Positions 7,664-18,541 of a DNA stretch of 31,280 nt are shown in pieces. The position numbers and the translations under genes are program-made. The number at the start of each line of letters is the position of its first letter. The stretch's first letter is position 1. The stretch is from a virus (Duplodnaviria > Heunggongvirae > Uroviricota > Caudoviricetes): IMG/VR virus record IMGVR_UViG_3300045988_033906, positions 1-31,280 of that record. One strand, given 5' to 3'. A model generated the notes under the pieces. It worked only from the letters and a program-made list of their open reading frames with translations, did no database searches and had not been told where the DNA came from.

Positions 7664-10138
7664 TTATTGCGGAGTGACATCCTGCGGTCGCCACCAGTAT
7701 GTCTGATTAAACTCTTTCTTCGAACGTTGCTCCATTTTACGCAAATAGCCTGGTGAAAAATACTCCTGCATCTGGTTAAAGATCATGTGATCGAGAGCCG
7801 CCTTCAAGTACCAGAGATTCGCACCTGGCATCAGCCCCTTCCCAAGCTTAACCAGATCACCACCAGTCTGCTCATTCTTCCCTTCCACAGCATTTAACGG
7901 TATGCCCTGAGCAATCTTCACTACGTCATCAACCAGACCAGCTACCGGGCCAAGCATCGACGCCAGCGCGCCGCTTCCGTACCTAGTGTGATCTGACAAT
8001 AAAAAGTCACCGTAAAGGCCAAGACCACCACCTTTCAGTAGAGCACCAAGCCAAAATTTAGCAGCATCTTCCCCCGTCATCTCGCGAGGATTACGACCAG
8101 ACGCAAGGTCGTTAAGTTGCTGCGACAAAGCGCCAAGAATGGTCGTACTGGCAATAAACGTCGCAATATATGCCGCACGCCCACCAGCAGACGGCATCCC
8201 CATAGCGCGTGACCAGTGACGCATAACAACCGAGATAGGGAACGATTTAAACAGGAAAACACTTCTCGTTAATTCACCTTTCCATGTTCCACGCTGAATA
8301 CCAGAACCGGTTATCAGTTGCTCACGTGCTCCCGGTGTAATAACAGCCATATCAATTTCTTCAGTTACGGCACCGAGCAGTTTACGCATTGCCTCAAATT
8401 TCACGCGTTCAGGCTCACCAAGATGTTTAACTGCTGAATCAGGGATACGCATAATGCTTTCCGGTGTCAGCATCGTATTATTACCGTTCCCCCAGTCCTC
8501 CTGTTGCGCCAGCTTCCATACGCTCCAGTCTGTGTCAGTAATCCCTTTGCTTTTCAGGATACGAAAATCAGAGTCATCGAGGCTACGAAGGTCTGGTGTC
8601 CGTGACACTACTTCTCCCAGGCTTCCCATCATAGTTACGCCATAGGCGCGCTTGTGCGCATCTGACCATGCTGTAAGCCCACTGGCACGCATTACCGCCG
8701 TTGCCGCCCAACGAGACACAGACGGCCCCATATTATCCATCGCCCAGCGGTTAACGCTGCCAAGTAGAGATTCCATCGCCAGACCAGCTCGGCGCGCCCG
8801 CGCAAGCTCAGTACGGTTCGTTGGGTCAATAGCTTCAAGCTGGTTGCGGAATAACTGGTTCATTGGAAGGTTGGTAACCTTCGCAGACAGATACATGGTT
8901 CCAAGATCAGAGAACGATGACAGCAACGCGGATCCGAGTCTGCTGGCAACCAGCCAGTTGCGGATATTGTCAGACCATCGCGCGATGTGCGGATTCGCTA
9001 CAGGCTGTGTCTTTCCGGAAATAAAGTTGTACAGATTCTCTGTGTTGTTCGCCAGCCGCTCGACTTTACCGGTTTTACTCGGGTTAGCTGTTGCCGTTTC
9101 TGCCTTAACCTGATCAAGAAGGGAGCGGAAAACATGATCGGGGTTTGGACCATATGTTTCCACCAGTGCAATATCTTTACTGATACCTTCCAGGTGACCG
9201 ACCATGATTTCCCATAGAGAGCGATCGCCATAAAGTTGCTGATATTGCAGATAGGAATCTGCATCTTTGAAATGTATCTGTCGTGATGCATTACCACGGT
9301 TAGCACGTGCGCCGGAAATTCGCATTCCGGTATCAGTAAGCTTATTCAGCCCACCAGTAGCGATCGTGTTATAAGCCTCTCCAAGAAATGCAGACAACTC
9401 GGCATCGTTCATCAGTTGTCCATCGGCTCGGATATAATATTTGCGATCCAGCTTACCTATAACATCGCTAACCCACTTATCCTTTGATACCGCCCCAACC
9501 TTTTCCATAGAATGATGTTGAGGGATCCCCCAGTTTTCGAGATAGCCAATGTCCCCACCAGCATCATTAAACCGGCGGCGCAGTAGCTCTGTCACTTCTC
9601 TCCACGCCTTAGCACCTTTTCTTGCTTTAGCATTGCCAGTATTTTGCCCCCGCATTTCATATACCAGGTCACGTACGCCCGCTTCATCTTCAAACAGACC
9701 AAAAAAGCGAGGATCAACTGCTTCGAATGCCTCCTGCAATTGACTCAATGCATAATCACGGGTGGCTTTTGTTCTGGATTCAACAGAGAGGAAATTCGAT
9801 TTACCGTCTGCATTAAAAGCAATAGTACGGTTAAGAGCGCCAAGTTTCCCATCAGCCCCTTGATAGCTATTGATAAATTTATCCAATCTCTGACGTGCGG
9901 CTATAGTGAGGGCCACACGACGTTTCTTTAATGCCGCTTCTCGCTGTAATTCTTCAGATGCCAATTGTGCTGCACGATATAGCCGCTCTGATTCGGAAAG
10001 TTGTCTCCACGACATCGTGTCATCACGAGCAATGGAGCGCATATTTCGATAAATGCGGTCTTCAATGTTCTGTATTTCTCGCGCCGTTAACGTGCGCTGC
10101 GCCGCCTGCTGGACCGCTTGTATACATTCCTGTCTCAT
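7664..10138 (-). CDS. internal virion / ejection protein (large)
   Basis: 824 aa; RBS GAGAGG before ATG 10138; last of a run of large genes between tail tubular genes and tailspike, the position of T7 gp15/gp16-type core proteins; no enzymatic motif recognised. Confidence 0.7.
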   Translation of the reverse strand: MRQECIQAVQQAAQRTLTAREIQNIEDRIYRNMRSIARDDTMSWRQLSESERLYRAAQLASEELQREAALKKRRVALTIAARQRLDKFINSYQGADGKLGALNRTIAFNADGKSNFLSVESRTKATRDYALSQLQEAFEAVDPRFFGLFEDEAGVRDLVYEMRGQNTGNAKARKGAKAWREVTELLRRRFNDAGGDIGYLENWGIPQHHSMEKVGAVSKDKWVSDVIGKLDRKYYIRADGQLMNDAELSAFLGEAYNTIATGGLNKLTDTGMRISGARANRGNASRQIHFKDADSYLQYQQLYGDRSLWEIMVGHLEGISKDIALVETYGPNPDHVFRSLLDQVKAETATANPSKTGKVERLANNTENLYNFISGKTQPVANPHIARWSDNIRNWLVASRLGSALLSSFSDLGTMYLSAKVTNLPMNQLFRNQLEAIDPTNRTELARARRAGLAMESLLGSVNRWAMDNMGPSVSRWAATAVMRASGLTAWSDAHKRAYGVTMMGSLGEVVSRTPDLRSLDDSDFRILKSKGITDTDWSVWKLAQQEDWGNGNNTMLTPESIMRIPDSAVKHLGEPERVKFEAMRKLLGAVTEEIDMAVITPGAREQLITGSGIQRGTWKGELTRSVFLFKSFPISVVMRHWSRAMGMPSAGGRAAYIATFIASTTILGALSQQLNDLASGRNPREMTGEDAAKFWLGALLKGGGLGLYGDFLLSDHTRYGSGALASMLGPVAGLVDDVVKIAQGIPLNAVEGKNEQTGGDLVKLGKGLMPGANLWYLKAALDHMIFNQMQEYFSPGYLRKMEQRSKKEFNQTYWWRPQDVTPQ

Positions 10139-10143
10139 TTAAT

Positions 10144-11946
10144 TTAACCTCTCAAGAAACACGCCACAGCGACATCAAACAGGCTGGAATCCTGTATTGC
10201 CTGCTCACTTTCCCTGTTCGCTTCATCCAGTACTTCACGCGCGCTGCGCGATTGTGGATTACCATCATCATCCAGCACGGTGATTATCATGTCCGGAGAT
10301 TCAAGCAGCGAGTCTTCAGCTATACGCAGATCAATATCTCCTGCCGGATCTGCCATCATTTTTTGTTCTGTCTGTTGCAATATCTTACCGGGCTCAAAAG
10401 GAGCTACTTCGTCTGGCGTCCTGACCTCTGCTGTTTTATAGAATGAAACAGCCTGAGTATTAAGTTCACTTTCTGCCTGCTGTCGCCGTGCCAGTTCTGC
10501 TCGAGCTTCAAAAAACTGACCGCCAGGCTCATGCGGTGCCAACGCGTTACGGGAAAATTCCAGGCGTTCTTGTGCCTGCCGGATTCGTTGGTCAATATCG
10601 CGAAGTCTGGCCTGTTTATCTGATCGAGCACGAGATAAAGCCTTACCGCTACCGGTTGGCTCTTCTGCAAGAATTTGTGCGCGCTGTTCAGTGAGATTTT
10701 CAATAATTCGTTGGCTATTAGCGATTTCAGACTGGTAAACCTGTCTATCGCCACGCGGCAAAAGCTGCGCGGCCTGTTCTTCAAGCAACCGATTTTCTAT
10801 AGCGCGCGCCGTTACTCCATCATCTACAGATGACAGAGCCTCATTAACTGCCTGAGACAGCAGACTCCTGTGCCCAGGAATTTCACTGAAAGATGCAGAC
10901 TCAACAATGCTGGCAACGTCTACAGGTCTCCCCTGGCTAACATCAGACATGGCTTTTCGCAGAGCCTGAATGTGCGAATTACGCGAAAGCACGTTGATCG
11001 GAACGCCGGGAGCAATATCAATTTCAGCATGATGAGCGGCATTCGCCGCCAGTGCAGCATCGATATCAACTGGTGAAAAATTTGGTGCGCTTGTAGACTC
11101 GCCGCGAGAGTTAATAAATCTGCCGACACCACCAAACGCCACCCCAAGAACAGCATCAATAGCAATTGCCTGTCGATCCAACACATCATACTGGTTAGCC
11201 ATTTCGCTATAGCCACCATCACGAAGCGTTTTTGCAGTAAGCCCACGCTGTGCCATACCGAACGCAATATTTGTACCTGCGGCATAGGCAATATCTGGCG
11301 TTGCACGTACTGCTGTTGCTGCGGCGCGTCGCACTGAACTTTCACCCGTCCGCGCAAGCTGGGCCGCCACACCTTCCGCCAGCGCACCACCAGCACGTAA
11401 CCCGAGGCTCATAGGGATCAGTGTTCCGGCACCAGCAGTAATACCCTGCACTAATCCCGCTTCCTGCGCCGTCCTGAAATCAACACCCTGTGCTGTCAGC
11501 CGTTCAAACTCAGAAAAACCCTGTAGAGAAGTTACCGCCGCAGCACCTCCGACCGGACCACCGAGCGTTGTACCGACAACAGCCTGCCCTCCCATATCGA
11601 ACAACCCATAAAGGACCTGCCCGGCGGTTCCGGTTGTCGCGGCATCAGGCGTCAGCCGCTTAACCTGCTGCTCTGCTAGTTTTCTCTGCTCGGCAATGTA
11701 TGAAACTGAAGTGTCATTGAGCGAGGTGTTTTCGTTAACAAACTGAGCAATCGGGGATACGATTTTATCCACCCCTGCCCATAGCAACTGATCTGGCTTT
11801 GCCACCAGCCCGGAGTACAAACCAGACAATGCCGCTCCTACAGCATTGTCGAAAAAACCAACATCGCTGTTAAAGCCAGCTGGATTTGATGCTGCTTCGT
11901 CAAGCTGCTGATTCTGGTTTACTGGATTAAGGCCAAAGTAACTCAT
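10144..11946 (-). CDS. internal virion / ejection protein, Gly/Ala-rich with coiled-coil C-terminal part
   Basis: 600 aa; ATG at 11946 overlaps stop of upstream gene (ATGA); position in ejection-protein block. Confidence 0.65.
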   Translation of the reverse strand: MSYFGLNPVNQNQQLDEAASNPAGFNSDVGFFDNAVGAALSGLYSGLVAKPDQLLWAGVDKIVSPIAQFVNENTSLNDTSVSYIAEQRKLAEQQVKRLTPDAATTGTAGQVLYGLFDMGGQAVVGTTLGGPVGGAAAVTSLQGFSEFERLTAQGVDFRTAQEAGLVQGITAGAGTLIPMSLGLRAGGALAEGVAAQLARTGESSVRRAAATAVRATPDIAYAAGTNIAFGMAQRGLTAKTLRDGGYSEMANQYDVLDRQAIAIDAVLGVAFGGVGRFINSRGESTSAPNFSPVDIDAALAANAAHHAEIDIAPGVPINVLSRNSHIQALRKAMSDVSQGRPVDVASIVESASFSEIPGHRSLLSQAVNEALSSVDDGVTARAIENRLLEEQAAQLLPRGDRQVYQSEIANSQRIIENLTEQRAQILAEEPTGSGKALSRARSDKQARLRDIDQRIRQAQERLEFSRNALAPHEPGGQFFEARAELARRQQAESELNTQAVSFYKTAEVRTPDEVAPFEPGKILQQTEQKMMADPAGDIDLRIAEDSLLESPDMIITVLDDDGNPQSRSAREVLDEANRESEQAIQDSSLFDVAVACFLRG

Positions 11947-14456
11947 TGCGGAATATCTCCAGAGAATCTCTGACGCTTCTGTGTCAGATTAAGAACAACG
12001 GGAGAACCATCATCTTTCAGCAGATAACCAGTACCAAGTTTCACCAGGTACTGACTATCGCCGTAACTTTGCAAACCATACTGACCAGGCGGTGTTTTTA
12101 TCCCGGAGCCGACAACTTGTTCATTCCAAGCCTGATTAACCTGCTTATCGAATTGCTCCGCAGACATTCCCCACGGCAAAAGGACATTCCCCATTCCGTT
12201 ATAGTCATGCACGCCACCTGTAGCTACGTTAACAGCCTGTTTCCAGACATCATTGTCAATTTCGCCTGATACCACGCCTTTTTTCGCCATCACACCAGCG
12301 TAATAATCCTTTGCGATCTCGTATGCCATTGATGCCCCCTGAGCGTCACCAGCAAATGCATCCTTCACCATGTCAGAAAACTCAAGGCGAAGATCAGCAT
12401 CTTTAGGCATCGGAATACCTTTCGCATCATCAGTACCTTTACGAGCCGCCGCGCCAGCAAGAATTGTCTGCGCAGCGGTTTCAGGAGACACGGAAACATC
12501 CGGATTAAACCAGTTTTTTTCTGCCAAAATACCACCTGGCTTATCCATCAGTATCCCGGCAACGGCAGCAGATGGAGCGTTGGCACTGATCTGCTGTAGT
12601 GCTGACATATACACCTGCCCACCACCAGTGCTCTGCCTGATGGTATCGAGATATGCTGCCTGTTGGGAAACTGGAGCATCACGAAAGAAAACACCGATCT
12701 GATTGGCCTCATTTTTGGAAAAGAACGTCAGTGGAGTGCCATATGACTTAGCAAGGTCACTGACCTGAGCGGCACGCAAGGCAACGCTCTGTCCAAAGTT
12801 ATCCTTATTGCTCATGTCGATAGGCTTTGCCTGTCCGGCGGCAAGAGAGAACTGCACAGGATCCGATTGCCGCTGCTTTATCACCTGATTTGCAGCCGAA
12901 ACAACGTTGTCATAAAGAGCTGCGCGTGCCGCATACCCCTCCCCTGTCTCACCAGTATCCGGGCGTAATTGCTCAACATATGCTGTAATGCTGCTTGTCG
13001 GCATGTTGCGGAAAGAGCCTATATACTGTCCGGCGATTTGCGTATTTCTGAACTCGGTATATCGCAGGTTTCCTTCTCTGACTCCATAAGCTGCAATAAA
13101 ATCAGCCTCACCAGGTGGGTTAGGAAATTCAACGCCACGCATATACGCAGATGTCGCATCGCGAACTTGGCTGTCAATCATCGTTTTATATTCAGCCTGC
13201 TGCTGCCGACGCAGTTGATCCGCCTGTCGCATAAAACTTGCCTGCGCCTCAGGAGATGCCGCATCGAATGCTGCATTACCGGTATAGCGTTTGGTGTTGG
13301 TTGGAATTGTTGATAAACCAAGTGCTGCACTGACACCAGCAGTTAACTGCTGATCACTGTATGGCTGGCTACCGTTCTCATGATGGATAATGGCTGCACA
13401 AAGCGCCTTCAGGGTATCAGGATTAGATGCATCGAGAGGCTCATCAGCAGAAACGCCAAGTTGTTCGCACACTGCTTTGATATACGACATAGTGTCATTT
13501 TTATCAGTAGGCGGTGCCCAGCGATTAATTATCTCGCTGACGGTATCGATACCCTGCCGCTGATACGACATCAGGTTACGCCCTAATGCACGAATCCCGT
13601 GCTCAGGTGTTTCGAATTTAGCAAATCGACCATCATCACCGGTCTGGCCTACCCACGGATTAGTTTTGCTGTATTCGAGATTTCCTGGGTTATTGTTGCG
13701 TATGCCACGGACACGCTCGGAAGAGCCACTATCTGCTACAGCACGGCGAGCTCCAGAAGCAGTATCACTTAATTCGCCATTACTTTGGATGAATGCGCTC
13801 GCATTGTTTGCCGACCACTGTGACAATGCAGCATCAGCAACCTTCTCTTTAAACTCGACTTTCTTGGCCTGGATTTGCTCGTCGCTCCAGCCATGCGCAA
13901 TGCCGTAATCCTCAATTTGCTGGAAAGTTTGCTTATTAGCCAATACGTATGCGGCGTTGTCGCCATACAATGCTGCGGCATTTTTACCATTGTTCAGCAG
14001 CGTAGCCTGAAACTGGCCTTCTTCGTATGCATTTATTTGCCCTATCTCGTGCCGCCCGGCCTGTGTAGTGAACTGAATGCGCTGCTGCTGCGCCTGCTGC
14101 ATGAAAGCATTACGAGCCTGTTCATCCGGCAGCGACATAGCCAGTTGCTCGACCTGGGCATCAAACTGCTGCGTATACTCCTGACCTTTTCCAATAGCAT
14201 TTTTCCCTTTCAGGTTAAGCAAACCTGTTTCAGGGTTATTCAGCAAATCGCTGCTTATCTGACTGAGGTTAAGAGATGCCTCCTGAGCCAGAGCGATATT
14301 GGCACGCTGTTTTGCCTGACCAAAAACATCAATTGCCTCTTCCCCTGCCCGAACAAAAGCATCACCAATACCTGGCTGAGAAAACGTCTGCAAGCCTGCT
14401 GACTGAACTCCACGACTCTCAACCTGACGTCCGGATACTGTTGGTACGACTGGCAT
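11943..14456 (-). CDS. internal virion / ejection protein (837 aa); contains conserved GIRNNNPGNLEY motif region, possibly cell-wall-active
   Basis: ORF-track start 14531 is GTG; in-frame ATG at 14456 has strong RBS GGAGG and overlaps the upstream stop (TAATG), so 14456 is the likelier start. Size and position match T7 gp15/gp16-like core proteins; enzymatic assignment of the NNPGN motif is unverified. Confidence 0.7.
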   Translation of the reverse strand: MPVVPTVSGRQVESRGVQSAGLQTFSQPGIGDAFVRAGEEAIDVFGQAKQRANIALAQEASLNLSQISSDLLNNPETGLLNLKGKNAIGKGQEYTQQFDAQVEQLAMSLPDEQARNAFMQQAQQQRIQFTTQAGRHEIGQINAYEEGQFQATLLNNGKNAAALYGDNAAYVLANKQTFQQIEDYGIAHGWSDEQIQAKKVEFKEKVADAALSQWSANNASAFIQSNGELSDTASGARRAVADSGSSERVRGIRNNNPGNLEYSKTNPWVGQTGDDGRFAKFETPEHGIRALGRNLMSYQRQGIDTVSEIINRWAPPTDKNDTMSYIKAVCEQLGVSADEPLDASNPDTLKALCAAIIHHENGSQPYSDQQLTAGVSAALGLSTIPTNTKRYTGNAAFDAASPEAQASFMRQADQLRRQQQAEYKTMIDSQVRDATSAYMRGVEFPNPPGEADFIAAYGVREGNLRYTEFRNTQIAGQYIGSFRNMPTSSITAYVEQLRPDTGETGEGYAARAALYDNVVSAANQVIKQRQSDPVQFSLAAGQAKPIDMSNKDNFGQSVALRAAQVSDLAKSYGTPLTFFSKNEANQIGVFFRDAPVSQQAAYLDTIRQSTGGGQVYMSALQQISANAPSAAVAGILMDKPGGILAEKNWFNPDVSVSPETAAQTILAGAAARKGTDDAKGIPMPKDADLRLEFSDMVKDAFAGDAQGASMAYEIAKDYYAGVMAKKGVVSGEIDNDVWKQAVNVATGGVHDYNGMGNVLLPWGMSAEQFDKQVNQAWNEQVVGSGIKTPPGQYGLQSYGDSQYLVKLGTGYLLKDDGSPVVLNLTQKRQRFSGDIPQ

Positions 14457-15001
14457 TATAATCCTCCGGGTAATCTGGTTCCTGCTGCTGCCCCGATTGG
14501 CGCAGGAGTGCTTTGAGTAAACGGACTCCACGTCCCACCAAACATCTGGTACGCACCGTATGCCTTCAGAGGCGCAGTGAGCAATGTTGTTGCTGCTCCC
14601 ACATTCCCCTGTTTACGGGCTGAACTGGCTTCTGCTTTATAGTTGGCAGCCTGAACCTGATAACCGTAAGCCTCGCGTTGCGCGTTATTCACCGTCGTCA
14701 GCGAATCAAGAACGCCAAACTGGGCAGTGTCGCCAAATATATCCAGCGCGTTACCTGTAGATAAATCAGCGCCGGTAGCCCCCATTGTCGCCGCCTGTGT
14801 ACCAAGCCGCTGTCGGGTCTCTCTGCGTCGTTGCTCAGCTTCAGCGTTACCTCTGTTTATTGCATCATTTGCCTGAGCTGTGGCTATATCTGCGTTCGCT
14901 TCTGCAACCTTCGAGGCATACTTTCCCTGTTGGTACTGGGTGTATGCCTGAATGCCACTCATGGCGAGCATTGCGCCACCAGCAATAACCGGATCGCACA
15001 T
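14456..15001 (-). CDS. internal virion protein (T7 gp14-like by size and position)
   Basis: 181 aa; RBS GGAGAG before ATG 15001; stop/start overlaps on both sides (TAATG). Confidence 0.6.
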   Translation of the reverse strand: MCDPVIAGGAMLAMSGIQAYTQYQQGKYASKVAEANADIATAQANDAINRGNAEAEQRRRETRQRLGTQAATMGATGADLSTGNALDIFGDTAQFGVLDSLTTVNNAQREAYGYQVQAANYKAEASSARKQGNVGAATTLLTAPLKAYGAYQMFGGTWSPFTQSTPAPIGAAAGTRLPGGL

Positions 15002-15465
15002 TATTTTCTCTCCATGTGAAATCTGTGGAAATTAAGACCAAGAGCACCATAAGGCGCGGCTTCTTCAAGCCTGAATCCAAGCCAGTGCAGCCATGCTTTG
15101 GCAACATGGTTTCGCTCGTCGACGTAGTTTTCCAGGCGCGGATAAACTGCCAGCATCTGCTGCAATACAGGGCGGCAGTGGCGAAGAAATGTCTTCTGAT
15201 ATTTTTCAATACGGCTGGTTCCTACCAACCATGGCGTACCATTGCCACCGATCATTGACGCCGGAGATACGCCAAACATGGTTACCAGTTCTCCGTTCGC
15301 AAATCCTGACCAGGCCATAGTCGCAGTGCGAAGACCAACACGCAGCGCATCTTCGGTAGTCATCAGCGATACCGCATACAGTTCGTCAATATCAGCCTGA
15401 CGAACATCCGGCAAAATCATCTGAAGATGCTCTTCGGTAGCGGGAATAATTTGAACATCAATCAT
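15001..15465 (-). CDS. internal virion / assembly protein (T7 gp13-like by size and position)
   Basis: 154 aa; ATG 15465 overlaps stop of tubular B gene (ATGA). Confidence 0.55.
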   Translation of the reverse strand: MIDVQIIPATEEHLQMILPDVRQADIDELYAVSLMTTEDALRVGLRTATMAWSGFANGELVTMFGVSPASMIGGNGTPWLVGTSRIEKYQKTFLRHCRPVLQQMLAVYPRLENYVDERNHVAKAWLHWLGFRLEEAAPYGALGLNFHRFHMERK

Positions 15466-17936
15466 CAGAATCCCCCAACAGTAAGGCGAGGAATAACGGC
15501 AAGAACAGACAGCGGCAACGGGTCAAGCTGACGGATTCTTACGCGTCCGTTTTTACCCCAGTTACTGTCCAGTTTCACTTCTACTTTTCCGGTAGCGTCA
15601 TCAACAGGATCATCGTAGAACTCGAATTCACGCTGTGGATATTCGTACCATTTACCGCCGGGCGTAGTCGCCCAGATGCCGCGACTGGCATTCACAACCA
15701 GAGTAACGGACGGGATCACCTGTTTTTTGTCCAGCAGCGTTTCCTGTCCGTTAATGTTGATATCCAGTGTTTCGAATTCAGCAGTTATTGGCAGGCCGAT
15801 GTGCACTACAGCCCCCGGAGATTCCAGCGTGACGGCACCTCCGGAAACCACTTTCTGTGGTTCCACGTTCGCATCAGAGAGAATGTTTACGGTCTGGCCT
15901 TCAAGATGAGACAGGCCTCCAAATGTCCGGCGCGCCATCTGCCAGTTCGTGGTGGCCACATTCCTGAGGGATAGCGGGACGTTCCTGTTAGCACGAACCA
16001 CTACTGCGGTATTACTGGTTACAGAAATAATGTCGCAACGTAATTCTTTTGACACTTCATCGCCAGTATCAGGATCAGTTCCGGTATAAGGGAACTGTAG
16101 TTGCGCGCCGACATCACTACTGGTGAAGTACGCACCACCAGAAACACTGATTGTATATTCCGCACGGTAATCCCATTCACCAGAACCACCAGTGATGGTC
16201 ATCGTTCTGTCAGACGTATTTCTTCCATCATAGCTAAGGCCAGAATCAACAAAGAAAGCATCTTCATCGCTGGTAAATAAACGACTGGACAGTCTCTCGA
16301 TGTATCTCACTGTTTGCCCGTTAACGGTTCTGTTAACGACGAAATACACCGCATCTTCATTGCCTTCGCTGATACTGCATGTGCTTTCATATTTTCCGGT
16401 ACTGGATTGTGGTGCCCATGCAAAAACCTGCTGATCACGCAAATAGGTCATCACCAGTAATTTACCGTCATCACGAATGCAGAAGGCGCTGGAGTAAGGG
16501 ACAATCGAGAAGCACCAGTCAACAATGCTGTGCTTCTGAAAAAGATGATTGGCAAGGATAGTCAGGTCGTTCCCCTGATAGCCGTCAACATCGAATGAAT
16601 AGGCCAGATCACGGACAACACTGCCTTTCTCCTGGACGAACAGAGCAATATTCGCCACAGCAATTGGTGGGACGTTGCTCGAGCCATTTGATCCCTGAGA
16701 GCTGAATGCAAATGATGATGGGGTTAACACTTTGTTCTGGTCGCCGGTGATGACGTACTCACCTCCGGAAGTCAGTGCCACCAGCGAACCGACATCAATC
16801 AGGTGGCGGATCTCATTAACCTGACGCCCGGCATAGGTGTAGATAATTCTGTCGTCATCCTGCGTAGGATTGCTTTTGCCAAAATCCTTATAATCCCCGG
16901 TACGGCTGGCCCAGATAGTCTGAGGGAACGCAGTCGATGCGGCGAAGTAAAGACGTTGTTGATAATAAACAACAGTGCCAGGATAACCATTAACACTGTT
17001 CCAGGCATATTTAGCCCATTTATAGCTGGCATTATCCTCGCCAACTACCTGCGAAGGGATATAGGAAATCACCTCGGCAGTTGCAGTAGTTCCATTTGCA
17101 GCAGTGATACGGGCAATGCCAAAACCACTGTGCAGATATTCCCACTCAATGCCAGTATCATCATCACCGGATCCGCCCCAGCCATCCCATGATGTGCCTT
17201 CTGTATGCGAAGGGCGCAAAGTGCCTGTTTTGCCTGCTGTAACGGCGCGATAGTAGTTACTGTCTGCACGGCGAATATCGCCAATCGACGTACTCTTACT
17301 GGTTTCCCATACCTGCACTGAATCCACTGCAGGCTGTTCCAGATAGAACAATTTGCCTACCTGCTCCGCGCCAAAAATAGAGGCGCTTGCCGTTAACGTA
17401 ATTGTCCCGGTGCTGGCGCTGGCATAAACCGTCACTGACTCGTCAATATTGATATCTTCAAATGGCCCGTTCTTCGTTACCACATCAACCAGTTGCCAGT
17501 TGTCATGCGCATAGCGACGCAACTCTTTCGGCGGGTATGCCGGATGAACCAGCGTAAGCACGTCTGCGCTTTGCGTGAATTTAATTCGGAACAGATCGGC
17601 TTCAGTATATGGAGTGGCAATTTCATAAATAACATTGCTGCTGTTCAGCACCAACGCACCATCTTTGATAACGCGCATGTACTGGTGTCCGAACTCCAGA
17701 GCATAGGTCTGAACCGTCGAGAACTGGAACGGGATCAGGCGGCATTTCCGATTTTGGTATTTGGCGGCACCGACAAAACGCGTACCAGGTCGATTCTCAA
17801 CGCCGCCATACTGCCGCACGATAAAGTTATCGCACTTGCGCAATGCCACCTGGTACTTCGCCATGTCGATACGTCCGTACAACGACGGTCCAATCTCACC
17901 ACCAGCAAAGCTGGGCTGGATCCAACTGATAGCCAT
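15465..17936 (-). CDS. tail tubular protein B-like (nozzle)
   Basis: 823 aa; N-terminus MAISWIQPSFAGGEIGPS...GVENRPGT parallels T7 gp12 N-terminus (MALISQSIKNLKGGISQQP...GLQKRPPL); follows the gp11-like gene with ATGA overlap. Confidence 0.75.
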   Translation of the reverse strand: MAISWIQPSFAGGEIGPSLYGRIDMAKYQVALRKCDNFIVRQYGGVENRPGTRFVGAAKYQNRKCRLIPFQFSTVQTYALEFGHQYMRVIKDGALVLNSSNVIYEIATPYTEADLFRIKFTQSADVLTLVHPAYPPKELRRYAHDNWQLVDVVTKNGPFEDINIDESVTVYASASTGTITLTASASIFGAEQVGKLFYLEQPAVDSVQVWETSKSTSIGDIRRADSNYYRAVTAGKTGTLRPSHTEGTSWDGWGGSGDDDTGIEWEYLHSGFGIARITAANGTTATAEVISYIPSQVVGEDNASYKWAKYAWNSVNGYPGTVVYYQQRLYFAASTAFPQTIWASRTGDYKDFGKSNPTQDDDRIIYTYAGRQVNEIRHLIDVGSLVALTSGGEYVITGDQNKVLTPSSFAFSSQGSNGSSNVPPIAVANIALFVQEKGSVVRDLAYSFDVDGYQGNDLTILANHLFQKHSIVDWCFSIVPYSSAFCIRDDGKLLVMTYLRDQQVFAWAPQSSTGKYESTCSISEGNEDAVYFVVNRTVNGQTVRYIERLSSRLFTSDEDAFFVDSGLSYDGRNTSDRTMTITGGSGEWDYRAEYTISVSGGAYFTSSDVGAQLQFPYTGTDPDTGDEVSKELRCDIISVTSNTAVVVRANRNVPLSLRNVATTNWQMARRTFGGLSHLEGQTVNILSDANVEPQKVVSGGAVTLESPGAVVHIGLPITAEFETLDININGQETLLDKKQVIPSVTLVVNASRGIWATTPGGKWYEYPQREFEFYDDPVDDATGKVEVKLDSNWGKNGRVRIRQLDPLPLSVLAVIPRLTVGGF

Positions 17937-18541
17937 CAGGACAACCTCGCAATGGTAAACTCATCAACCGGTGGCTGTGGTTCCTGTGATTCATTCTGGC
18001 TATGCGAGCCAGCACTAAGAATCACGCGATTGTACATATTGAGGGCAAACGTACCGAGGTCTGCATTCCCAGTCAGCGCCATGTTAATAGCTGCCGCAAG
18101 ACGCCAGGCCAACGCCTCCATAAAAATGGCATCAAACATGTTCACATCTGTAACGCGAGAGACATACTTGAGCCATGCCTGAGGCTGGTCTGTGTAGATC
18201 AACTTTCCTGTTCCGTTGGTGTCTGCACCAACTTCGTACTGAACGCGCATTGCTGCTGTTGGATTGCGTACACCAGGAAGCATAATTTCAGTAATGCGCA
18301 GACAATCGGACGGGTACTGGTATGCGTATTCCCAGTCTGGCGGCGGATTGTTCGTATCTGCAAGCGTCACGCGTTTGGTAGCAAAGTTCCAGTCAAAATC
18401 AGAAAGCACAGCATCACGGCAGGCCTCAAAGTGCAGCGAACATTCCCCCGCTTCCTTGCTGGCTTCCGTCAGGCTGTTAATGCTGCGGCTGTTGCCAATA
18501 TTGGACAGCGCACGATTACAGATCTCTACTACAGAGGCCAT
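17936..18541 (-). CDS. tail tubular protein A-like (adaptor/gatekeeper)
   Basis: ORF-track start 18544 is GTG; ATG at 18541 overlaps upstream stop. 201 aa; N-terminal region (EICNRALSNIGNSRSINSL...DWNF) resembles T7 gp11 (AVNDILASIGEPPVSTL...GWTF). Confidence 0.7.
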   Translation of the reverse strand: MASVVEICNRALSNIGNSRSINSLTEASKEAGECSLHFEACRDAVLSDFDWNFATKRVTLADTNNPPPDWEYAYQYPSDCLRITEIMLPGVRNPTAAMRVQYEVGADTNGTGKLIYTDQPQAWLKYVSRVTDVNMFDAIFMEALAWRLAAAINMALTGNADLGTFALNMYNRVILSAGSHSQNESQEPQPPVDEFTIARLS